Part shown: positions 53,342 through 61,944 of the stretch, piece after piece
How the letters are laid out: each line of letters opens with the position of its first letter
Numbering within the stretch: the stretch's first letter is position 1
NCBI GenBank assembly: GCA_963713865.1
Contig: OY970208.1
Span: forward strand, 2,592,001-2,656,000
Length of the DNA: 64,000 nt
Direction: 5' to 3'
Source of the DNA: an uncultured candidate division Zixibacteria bacterium
Lineage (GTDB): Bacteria; Zixibacteria; MSB-5A5; RBG-16-43-9
Notes under the pieces: generated by a model
The model's database searches: none
What the model was told of the DNA's origin: nothing
Seen by the model: only the letters and a program-made list of their open reading frames with translations
Translations under genes and position numbers: made by a program

Positions 53342-53986
53342 TTAGCGATTAGCAAAAAAAAGATAAATCAATGCACCTGCCACTACGGTAACCACTGCTG
53401 GCTCAACCAGCCTTCCCCAGCCGCCTTCTGGAATCTCAGGACTTAAAAATGAATACTGTTTGTTGTTCAAAGAGAAAATCTCTTCTTTTTTTAAGAGATC
53501 AGAGCTTTCCTTTTCCCCTCTTTTACTCCACAGAACTTTCCCTTCAGAATCGCTCAGGTCAAATGATAGCGCCACCTGTGTTTCTCTTCTCACCCGGCTT
53601 TTCCCGAAAAAGTTTTTCCTTTTTATCTCCGGATATGCTAAATTCAATTTGATGATCCTGAAATTCAAACTTAAAAAAGATTTTTCGCTTTCATCCTTTT
53701 TTATCTTACCCACTGGTCCCCTTTTCTGCAGAAAAGATACTATTTCCTCCTCCACTATCCAGTTCGAGGGATTTTCTTCTTCCGTCTTTATCCAGACCAG
53801 CTGAGAATCAAATGGAGCTTCCGTTAAGCAATCCAGTAAAACTTCCCTTATAGTGCTCCTCAAAAAATTCTCATTGGTCAGAGGGATAACCTTTTCCTGG
53901 GCTAAAATTACAGAAGGAAACAGGATAGAAATCAACAGAACAAGATTGAAAGCTGTCTTTTTGAATTTTAATACCGATTCAACCAT
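53342..53986 (-). CDS. Hypothetical exported protein with C-terminal TM anchor
   Basis: Signal peptide; C-terminal LVEPAVVTVVAGALIYLFFANR; coupled to slt and bamD. Confidence 0.65.
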   Translation of the reverse strand: MVESVLKFKKTAFNLVLLISILFPSVILAQEKVIPLTNENFLRSTIREVLLDCLTEAPFDSQLVWIKTEEENPSNWIVEEEIVSFLQKRGPVGKIKKDESEKSFLSLNFRIIKLNLAYPEIKRKNFFGKSRVRRETQVALSFDLSDSEGKVLWSKRGEKESSDLLKKEEIFSLNNKQYSFLSPEIPEGGWGRLVEPAVVTVVAGALIYLFFANR

Positions 53987-54632
53987 ATTTACTTTTAAGC
54001 TCCTTATATTTTTTAAGGACTCTGGCTAAAAAATAAGTGGGAAGTTTTTCACCGGATTTGATTTTTAACCTGAGAGCATCTTCGCCTACATTATAAGCAA
54101 TCAGCGCTTTTTTCACATCCTTGAATTTTAAAATAAGCTCAAAAAGATGTAAAGTTCCCAACTGGATATTAAAAGTCTCCTCAAATAAAGAGAGATCCCC
54201 TTTCCACTCCAGTCCTCTTCTCTTGGCTAGATCCTGAGCCACCGAGGGCTTGACCTGCATCAGCCCCTGGGCTCCCAACATCGATTCCTCCCCTTTTCTG
54301 AATGAGCTTTCCGTCATTATCAACGCCAGGATTAATAGCGGGTCATAACTATATTTTTTACTCTCAGCATATATCACCTGCGTAAGTTCCTTCACCTCTT
54401 CTTTTTTAAACCCAACCTGAAAGTCTTCAATTATCTTTAAGATTTTTAGCTTGTCCTCCAACTCTTTGATTTTTTGTTCTTGCTGTTGTAAAAGTTTATC
54501 TTTTTCTCCCCGCTCATATAAAAGATAAACAAGTCCGGCAGTTTGAACTAACCAGATAAGGATTAAAAAAAAAGTAACCGACTTGGATATGGTTAATCCA
54601 GCCTTTCTGATGATTTTTATACCTAAGACCAT
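53979..54632 (-). CDS. Membrane-anchored lytic transglycosylase (SLT domain)
   Basis: ALIMTESSF, GAQGLMQV, NI.LGT, ALIAYN.G. Confidence 0.9.
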   Translation of the reverse strand: MVLGIKIIRKAGLTISKSVTFFLILIWLVQTAGLVYLLYERGEKDKLLQQQEQKIKELEDKLKILKIIEDFQVGFKKEEVKELTQVIYAESKKYSYDPLLILALIMTESSFRKGEESMLGAQGLMQVKPSVAQDLAKRRGLEWKGDLSLFEETFNIQLGTLHLFELILKFKDVKKALIAYNVGEDALRLKIKSGEKLPTYFLARVLKKYKELKSKYG

Positions 54633-54647
54633 AAGTTGCCTCCTTAA

Positions 54648-55464
54648 TTAAAAGACTAAGTTCAATTCAAAGGAGGAATTAGTAAAATGTTTTTTGATCT
54701 TTGTTCTAAGTTCTTCAGCATAAAACCCATTATTATTGTAAATACTCTGATAACCAGATAAAAGTTCTGGAAAATTTATATTCAAAAATTTTCTTAACCT
54801 CTCCCAGATTGAGGGTGTATAGTTCATCTTATCTATATAGATATATTTAACCTTTGCATCAATGGCTTTCTGGAAAAATAAAGATAAACTCTCATCCGTA
54901 TCTGAGAAATACGGAAGAACCGGACCAAAAAAGATAAAGGTATCTATTTTTTCTTGATTTAATATTTTTAAAGCTTCAAATCTACTCTCCACCGAAGAAG
55001 CCACCGGCTCAAATTTTTTCTGGACTACCGGGTCCAAACAGGTGATAGTGAAACCAACTTCGCAATCCTTCATTCTTTTCAATATATCCAGATCTCTCAA
55101 GACTAAACCCGATTTGGTTCTGGATTTGCACTGAGAAATCAGATTTAGCTAAAATCTCCAGTGCACCGCGAGTAAGTTTATATTTCTCCTCCAGGGGCTG
55201 ATAAGGGTCAGTAACCGAGCTTAGCATTACTACTCCGGATTTAGCTTTTATAACCTCTTTTTCTAACCTTTCCAGAAAATTAACCTTAACATCTGCGAAC
55301 GTTCCCCATTCTTCGTTATGATCCGAAAATCTTTTCATAAAAATAGCATAACAATACGCACAATTATGCTCACACCCCGTATAAGGGTTCAGACAATAAT
55401 CCACCCCCTGAATCCTGGATTTAACCAAGGCGTTTTTGCAGGTTATCTCTTTGAGTTTGAGCAT
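54648..55464 (-). CDS. Radical SAM protein, SplB/DNA-repair photolyase-like; apparent 1-nt insertion at 55117-55123
   Basis: NPYTGCEHNCAYCYA (CxxxCxxC), SSVTDPYQP.E; rejoined QIQTKS..RDLD..FEP....R. Confidence 0.85.
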
Positions 55465-56015
55465 AAAATCGATTGAAAATTTTCAATATTATTCTTTTCC
55501 AAATCCCATTTTAAAGGATTATAAATGATATATTCCCGAATTTCATATAATGATTTCTCATTTCGAATAACGTGATCATAGAAAGACCTCTGCCACTGGA
55601 ATTTATTATCAGAGAATTTTTCATGAATATCTTTGATTACAACATTTTTAAATGACTTTATGATTTTTGACAATAAACCATATCTTCTTTCAGTATTTGT
55701 TGTATTTGTAGGGACAGAACAGTGTTCTGTCCATTTATCGTTATCATCATTAATACTTATAATTCCATGTATATGGTTAGGCATTATTACAAATTCATCA
55801 ATTTCAACATTATCATAGTGGTTGGGAATTTCTTTCCAACACCTTTCTGCAGTTTCACCAAATTGATTCAAAATCATTTCCTCATTTTCAATTTTACCGA
55901 AATATTCAATCCCATCTTTTGTACACAGAGTAATAAAATAGTATCCGTTTTTAGAATAATCATATTCATTTAGGCGATTTAATTTTCTTTCTTTAAAAGT
56001 TGACTTCATCCTCAC
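55443..56015 (-). mobile_element. REP-associated tyrosine transposase (RAYT, IS200-like Y1 HUH nuclease)
   Basis: RL..YDY...GYYFITLCT, IMPNHIHGII (HUH), WQRSFYDHVIR, YI.YNP.KW. Confidence 0.9.
55708..55732 (+). repeat. REP hairpin embedded in-frame in the RAYT gene
   Basis: GTAGGGACAGAACAGTGTTCTGTCC; encodes WTEHCSVPT on the coding strand. Confidence 0.88.
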
Positions 56016-56028
56016 CTATTATATAATA

Positions 56029-56053
56029 GGACAAAACGATGTTTTGTCCCTAC
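56029..56053 (-). repeat. REP hairpin between RAYT and the cargo gene
   Basis: GGACAAAACGATGTTTTGTCCCTAC, with a compensatory A-T pair relative to the other copies. Confidence 0.88.
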
Positions 56054-56058
56054 AAAAC

Positions 56059-56586
56059 TTAATCCCCATAGATTTTAAATGCTTTATAGTTTCCTCCTTC
56101 ATGAGAAGGTGCTAGATGCAATAGATAGATGGCCTGAAAGGAATTTTTTCCAGTGATTTGTATTAAATTTAAACATTCTTTAACCGATATTTCATTACTT
56201 AGAGGAGCTCTTTCTTCTATACATAACCAGATTTTATCAGTTCCTGAATATTTTTTACTGTATTTATCAATTATCTCTTTTTGAATTCTTATACATATTA
56301 AATCGCTTGAATTTTTAATGACCCCACCCCATCGCTCTTCATAACCTCTCTTGGGGAACTCTCGCTCTCCTCTGGCAAGTGTCCATTCTTGTTTTGCATC
56401 GCTATCTTCATAATATGCGGTGGCAACTTCAATCCCAAGTAAGTATCCCTCAAATCTATAAATACAATCAGGTTCGTTTATATCATTTCCGTATCTTTCA
56501 AATTTAGCATTTAGATTTAAACAATTTATCAATCTATCACAAACACATTTTTCATGCTGTTTTTGTATTTGTTTTGCAGAATTCAT
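56059..56586 (-). CDS. Hypothetical AT-rich protein, possible PD-(D/E)xK nuclease fold
   Basis: N-terminal helix Glu (QHE), EPDCIY, GIEVAT; bracketed by direct REP copies. Confidence 0.6.
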   Translation of the reverse strand: MNSAKQIQKQHEKCVCDRLINCLNLNAKFERYGNDINEPDCIYRFEGYLLGIEVATAYYEDSDAKQEWTLARGEREFPKRGYEERWGGVIKNSSDLICIRIQKEIIDKYSKKYSGTDKIWLCIEERAPLSNEISVKECLNLIQITGKNSFQAIYLLHLAPSHEGGNYKAFKIYGD

Positions 56587-56611
56587 AATTTTTACTCTTC
56601 AAATACAAAAT

Positions 56612-56636
56612 GGACAGAACGATGTTCTGTCCCTAC
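56612..56636 (-). repeat. REP hairpin between rimO and the cargo gene
   Basis: GGACAGAACGATGTTCTGTCCCTAC, 4 bp from the rimO stop. Confidence 0.88.
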
Positions 56637-56640
56637 AGAA

Positions 56641-57978
56641 TTACGAAACCTCTCCTATCAAATCATAATCCTTCCACCCAGTAATCTTAACTTCTGAGAA
56701 ATCTCCAATTTTTAAATTCTTTCCTTTAACCAGAATCACCCCATCTATCTCCGGGGCTTCTTTTTGGCTGCGTCCTATATAGTATTCATTTTTCCCTGAG
56801 AAATCATTTGTTTTAGACTCAATCAGAACTTTAACTTTTTCCCCTACTCTTTTCTCATTTTTCTCAAAAGCAATCCCCTGCTGGAGAGTCATCAGTTTAT
56901 CCACTCTTTTCTCTTTTTCTTTGAAAGAAAGGTGCTCTTTTAGATTAAAAGCTTCAGTTCTCTCTTCTCTGGAGTAAGTAAAAGCTCCCAATCTATCAAA
57001 TCTCTGTTCTTCTACAAAATTTAACAGCTCTTCGAATTCTTCTTCCCCCTCTCCGGGAAAACCGACTATAAAAGTAGTCCTCAAGACCAGATCCGGGATT
57101 TTATTCTTTAGAGTTTTAATAAGTCTTTGAATCTTCTTGCGATCAATTTTCCTGCCCATCAAATAAAGAAGTTTATCTGAAATATGCTGCAAAGGAATGT
57201 CTAAGTATTTGCAGGTCTTCTTATTGGCGGCAATCTCTTTTATGAGTTTTCCATTGTAATGAGCGGGATGAGTATAAAGTAATCTAATCCACTCAATCCC
57301 TTCTATTTTAGAAAGTAACGAAAGTAATTCAGGGAGTCTTTGTTCTCCATAGATATCCTGCCCGTATAGAGTAGTATCCTGAGCTACCAGATTAATCTCC
57401 TTAACTCCATTTTCAGCTAAAGATTTTGCTTCCACTAAGATATTTTCGATCTTCCTGCTTCTATATCTTCCTCTGATTTGAGGAATTGAGCAATAAGCAC
57501 AGAAGTTATCACAGCCATCCGCAATCCTCAAATAAGCATATGGGAAAGTTTGAAGGGCTCTTCTTTCAATTTTTTCTTCATATTCTCTGGGCAAAGGTGA
57601 AATAAAAGAAACTCTATTCCCCGTTATCACCTCTGAGCATAGTTTAGAGATATTATCTATTTCATTCAGCCCTAAAATTCCGTCTACTTCTGGCATAGAT
57701 TCCCACAGCTCAGAATTATATCTTTGAGCTAAACATCCGGTAACTACGATTTTCTTTCCGTTGCTGCCATTTTTAAAACGGGAAAGCTCTAAAACTGCTT
57801 TAATGGATTCTTTTTTAGCCTGCTCGATAAATCCGCAGGTATTGATAATAAAAATTTCTGCTTTATCTTTTTCTTCAGTCAATTCAAAGCCGGAAGACTG
57901 GAGTTGAGCTTGAATTACTTCCGCATCTAAATCGTTTTTAGGACAACCCAATTTTATTACATTTACCCTTATTCCCAT
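56641..57978 (-). CDS. rimO: Ribosomal protein S12 methylthiotransferase
   Basis: LGCPKN..D.E, INTCGFI..AK.ES, GCDNFCAYCSIP, TTFIVGFPGE, APEIDG. Confidence 0.96.
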   Translation of the reverse strand: MGIRVNVIKLGCPKNDLDAEVIQAQLQSSGFELTEEKDKAEIFIINTCGFIEQAKKESIKAVLELSRFKNGSNGKKIVVTGCLAQRYNSELWESMPEVDGILGLNEIDNISKLCSEVITGNRVSFISPLPREYEEKIERRALQTFPYAYLRIADGCDNFCAYCSIPQIRGRYRSRKIENILVEAKSLAENGVKEINLVAQDTTLYGQDIYGEQRLPELLSLLSKIEGIEWIRLLYTHPAHYNGKLIKEIAANKKTCKYLDIPLQHISDKLLYLMGRKIDRKKIQRLIKTLKNKIPDLVLRTTFIVGFPGEGEEEFEELLNFVEEQRFDRLGAFTYSREERTEAFNLKEHLSFKEKEKRVDKLMTLQQGIAFEKNEKRVGEKVKVLIESKTNDFSGKNEYYIGRSQKEAPEIDGVILVKGKNLKIGDFSEVKITGWKDYDLIGEVS

Positions 57979-58126
57979 TATTCACACCTAATTTGAGCGG
58001 TGGAGAAAAACTTTAGCCTTGCTGGAAGTGTCATTCTGAAGGAGTCCGCCTTTAGCGAGACGACTGAAGAATCTCAGGATTCTTCGCCCTACGGGCTCAG
58101 AATGACATCCAAGCTCTGATCCAGCA

Positions 58127-58804
58127 TTATTTCTCCCCACCTATTTCAGTTAGATCCACCAGCTCAACCCCTGGTGGTGGATTATAGATGAATCTGGAAT
58201 CGTTGATAACTACATCCGGCTTTACCGCTTTAAAGCTTAAAGTCGTATAATTATCATTCTGGTCCAGATATTCTATCCTTTGCGCTAAAAGGGACTCTTT
58301 TTCAAAGAAAACTGTAATCTTTTTGAAAAACTCCTCTTCGGTCTTTGAAGTATAAACCATCTTATAACAGAGACTTTCTCCAATTTTTTGTTCCCCTGAA
58401 AGCTCATAATTGTAATTTTTTCTGAAGTTGAATAAATAATCGTTAGGCCTGAAAAGCTCTCTGGATTTATCCACCCGGTTTTTGGTTACCTGTTTATTCT
58501 CCTTGGAATAAACCCAGATAAAATCTCCATCTGAAACCACAACCTGAGAGGGCAATTCAATCCTGAACTTGTTAGGATTTTTCAAAAGCATCTTCCCTTT
58601 TAACTTGCGAATGGTGGAGAAGTCCTGTGATTTAGTTTCCTCCTGAAAATTGATGGAGAGGGTTTTTAAAGAGTCATATTTACCTTCGATCTTCAAAGCT
58701 AACTCCTCTGACGTAATCCCCGAGCTTAGGCTTACAAAAAAAAGAGAAAGTAATAAACTAAAGATTATTGTTTTCGTCCCTCTTCTCATCTTTATTTTCT
58801 TCAA
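58127..58804 (-). CDS. lolA: Outer-membrane lipoprotein carrier LolA
   Basis: Signal peptide; F.EE, G.M.L..PNKFR, VVSDG..IWVY, F.Y.PP.GVE; follows ftsK. Confidence 0.85.
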   Translation of the reverse strand: MKKIKMRRGTKTIIFSLLLSLFFVSLSSGITSEELALKIEGKYDSLKTLSINFQEETKSQDFSTIRKLKGKMLLKNPNKFRIELPSQVVVSDGDFIWVYSKENKQVTKNRVDKSRELFRPNDYLFNFRKNYNYELSGEQKIGESLCYKMVYTSKTEEEFFKKITVFFEKESLLAQRIEYLDQNDNYTTLSFKAVKPDVVINDSRFIYNPPPGVELVDLTEIGGEK

Positions 58805-61076
58805 AAGAAATTTCTCCTTTTTCTAAATAACCGCGATCAACTAAAACCTCCCTAGCTTTGCTCCCATCATAAGGTCCGACAATACCGTCGCTCTCCATCT
58901 GGTCGATCAGGCGTGCAGCTCTTTGATACCCTACACCTAATCTCCTCTGTAAAAGCGAGACCGAACCCTGCCGGTGTCTGACCACTATTTCTACTGCTTG
59001 TTTATAAAGGTCATCTTCTTCTTTATCCTCCCAGCCCTCTGAAACCTCCTGTTTATCATCTTCCCTGGCAAAGACCCCGATGGGAGTTGGCACATAATCC
59101 TGAGATTTAATGAAATCTACTAACTTCTGGGTTTCCTCGCTGGTGATATAGGCACCGTGAATCCTTCGTGGCTCCGGATGACCAGCCTGAATAAAGAGCA
59201 TATCCCCATTACCTAAAAGCTTTTCAGCACCCGCACCATCGATGATTGTACGCGAGTCTATCCGGGACGCTACCTGAAAAGCTATCCGGGCAGAGAAGTT
59301 TGCTTTAATCAAGCCGGTGATCACATCCACCGATGGTCTCTGGGTAGCTAAAATCAGATGAATCCCCACTGCTCTTGCCATCTGAGCCAGGCGGGTGATT
59401 AAAGCTTCGGTCTTCAATGAACTGGACATCATCAGGTCAGCTAACTCATCCACGATAATGATAAGATAAGGCAAAAGCCCCTCTTTCTTTTTCTTCTTAT
59501 TATAATCTTCTATATTTCTGACACCGGCACGGGCTAATTTCTTATACCTTTCCTCCATCTCCACTACTGTTTCAGCCAAAACCCTTTCTGCAACTTTGGG
59601 ATTAGTTACCACTGGCCTTTCCAAATGGGGTATTTGGTTATAAACCGTCAACTCCAGCATCTTGGGATCGATCATTATAAACCTTATCTCCTCCGGATGA
59701 AGACGGTAAAGCAGACTGGCTAAAATTACATTTATACAGACGCTTTTTCCGGAGCCAGTTGCCCCGGCTATCAGAAGGTGGGGCATCTTGGATAGATCAG
59801 CCACTAAAGGTTCCCCGGAAATAGATTTCCCTAAGGCTATGGCTAATCGATAAGTTGTGTTTTGAAAAAATGGAGAGACTAATATCTCTTTCAGATTAAC
59901 TATCTGCGGGGTTTTATTCGGTATCTCCACCCCCACCGCCGCCTTGCCAGGTATCGGTGCAACTATCCTGATCCTTTTGGCTTGCAAGGCTAATGCCAGG
60001 TCATCTGACAGGCTCATTATCTGGTTTACTTTGACTCCTGGCGCAGGCTTGAATTCATACCGGGTGATAACCGGACCAGGGCTTTTATCAATTAATTCAC
60101 CCTCTATCCCAATATCAAAAGTAGCTAAAGTATCTCTTAAAGCTTTAGCCGTTTGATTCAATTCTTCATTTGTAACCGATGGCTTTACAAATGGAGGGTC
60201 ATTTAAAATACTAAGACCTGGATATTGATAAGCACCGATTTTACTTTCCTCTTTACCCCGGACCAAATTTAGAGAGGTCTTTAACTCTTTAACTATATTT
60301 ACCGCCTCTTCCTTTTCTTCTACTGAATGAATCGATTCTGGCTTGACTTCTTTTTCATGAAGGTGTTCTTTTAATATTAACCCCTCCTTTTTCTCCTTTT
60401 CATAAGTTTCTTTGAGCTCCTCTTCTCTTTGAGTCCTCCTTTTCTGCACTCTCTTAAGCTCCCACCATCTGCTTCCTCGATCATAAAATCTCTGGAACAG
60501 ATTCTTTCCAAAGATTAAAGATTCTGAAAATTTCCAGGGAGTAGCTAACAGGGCAACGATTATCAATAAGGCTAAGCTGAGCGTATAGGAGCCAAAAGTC
60601 CCGAAGATTTTAACTAAGAATTTTGCAAAAAGAAGGGAGCTCCAACCCCCTAAGGATACTCTGGAAAAATCCAATCCTATACTGGAGTGAGCTTGAGAAA
60701 TGGAGAAAAAGATGCCTAATAGTAAAATGAATATAAAAATGTAAATTGTCTTCTTGAAGACAGTACTTAGCTCTGTTTTAAAAAGGTAAACCGTTCCCCA
60801 GAAAATTAAACTTATTGGCAGAAAAAAAGCTGCAAGTCCAAAAAGATAAAATAGCATATAAGAGATCAAAGCTCCAATGATACCAGCTTGATTTCTTATC
60901 GGTTGAGTGAAAAGCTTTTCCAGATTACTCCAGGAAAACTCCTGGTTAAAAAACCTGGCATCCTTGGAATAGCTGTAAGTAAAAAGGCTTAAAAGAATAA
61001 ATAAAGCCGATGCCCAGAGCAGGACCCCGAAGACCTCGTTTTTTCTCTCCGGTGAAATGTTTTTAAAGAGTTTCAC
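58758..61076 (-). CDS. ftsK: DNA translocase FtsK
   Basis: N-terminal TMs, GPVITRYE, PHLLIAGATGSGKS, DELADLMM, ATQRPSVDVITG, gamma domain. Confidence 0.97.
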   Translation of the reverse strand: MKLFKNISPERKNEVFGVLLWASALFILLSLFTYSYSKDARFFNQEFSWSNLEKLFTQPIRNQAGIIGALISYMLFYLFGLAAFFLPISLIFWGTVYLFKTELSTVFKKTIYIFIFILLLGIFFSISQAHSSIGLDFSRVSLGGWSSLLFAKFLVKIFGTFGSYTLSLALLIIVALLATPWKFSESLIFGKNLFQRFYDRGSRWWELKRVQKRRTQREEELKETYEKEKKEGLILKEHLHEKEVKPESIHSVEEKEEAVNIVKELKTSLNLVRGKEESKIGAYQYPGLSILNDPPFVKPSVTNEELNQTAKALRDTLATFDIGIEGELIDKSPGPVITRYEFKPAPGVKVNQIMSLSDDLALALQAKRIRIVAPIPGKAAVGVEIPNKTPQIVNLKEILVSPFFQNTTYRLAIALGKSISGEPLVADLSKMPHLLIAGATGSGKSVCINVILASLLYRLHPEEIRFIMIDPKMLELTVYNQIPHLERPVVTNPKVAERVLAETVVEMEERYKKLARAGVRNIEDYNKKKKKEGLLPYLIIIVDELADLMMSSSLKTEALITRLAQMARAVGIHLILATQRPSVDVITGLIKANFSARIAFQVASRIDSRTIIDGAGAEKLLGNGDMLFIQAGHPEPRRIHGAYITSEETQKLVDFIKSQDYVPTPIGVFAREDDKQEVSEGWEDKEEDDLYKQAVEIVVRHRQGSVSLLQRRLGVGYQRAARLIDQMESDGIVGPYDGSKAREVLVDRGYLEKGEISFEENKDEKRDENNNL

Positions 61077-61464
61077 TTAATCTACCTCTCTGCCAATCAG
61101 AATTTTGTGCCCTTCTATTTTTTCCCGATAAATAAGAGCTGAAAACTCAAAAGACCTTCTAATTTATATTATCTTATCATCAAATTGCGTAAATGTCAAT
61201 TATTTTTTCTTGGAAAACTGCAATTTCAAGATCAATTTATTATACAACTCAAAATTAAATAAAACAAAAAAGGCAAGTAGGTCAGGAGACATGCTCTCCT
61301 GACTTTGAAATTGATGTCAGGAGTATAAGGATCCTGACCTACACTTGAACTCCGCTGGTCCAGCCTTGAGGGTAAGACGGGATTACCAATCAGATGATGA
61401 GAGTTAGTTCCAACCTTACAAGTTTTTCTAACTGTTGAACTGTTTAACCTTTGAGCCTTTAAAC

Positions 61465-61502
61465 AAAAAAGGCAGTCCCGCCAAAGGCGGACTGCCTTTT
61501 TT
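61465..61502. terminator. Bidirectional terminator downstream of HU
   Basis: AAAAAAGGCAGT-CCCGCCAAAGGCGG-ACTGCCTTTTTT. Confidence 0.75.
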
Positions 61503-61520
61503 AGCTCATTGAAAATCTCT

Positions 61521-61793
61521 CTACCTCACCGCATCCTTTAACGACTTTCCAGCCTTGAAACGTGGCACTCTGGCGGCAGCTATCTTTATCGGCTCACCGG
61601 TCTGAGGATTCCTTCCGGTCCGGGCTTTACGCTTTGCCACTGAGAAAGTGCCAAAACCCACAAAACTGACTTTCTTCCCTTTCTTCAGGGCGCTGGTTAC
61701 CCCCTCGAAAAAGGCGTTCATAGCCTTGTGAGCTTGGGATTTGGTTACCACGGCTTCCTTTGCTATCTTGGAAACCAGTTCCTCCTTTGTCAT
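61521..61793 (-). CDS. hup: DNA-binding protein HU
   Basis: MTKEELV, GFGTF, RKARTGRNPQTGE, PRFKAGK.LK. Confidence 0.96.
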   Translation of the reverse strand: MTKEELVSKIAKEAVVTKSQAHKAMNAFFEGVTSALKKGKKVSFVGFGTFSVAKRKARTGRNPQTGEPIKIAAARVPRFKAGKSLKDAVR

Positions 61794-61944
61794 CGACTCA
61801 CCCCCTTACTCTGGGATAAAGGTTAACGTTTTAAAGTTTACGCTTGGTAGAATATAGTATCTATGCGGGTTTGTCAAGGATTATTTTCATTTTTTTAAAA
61901 ATATTTTTATACCCTCCATTTTAATGTCTCTATAATAAGGGTTA

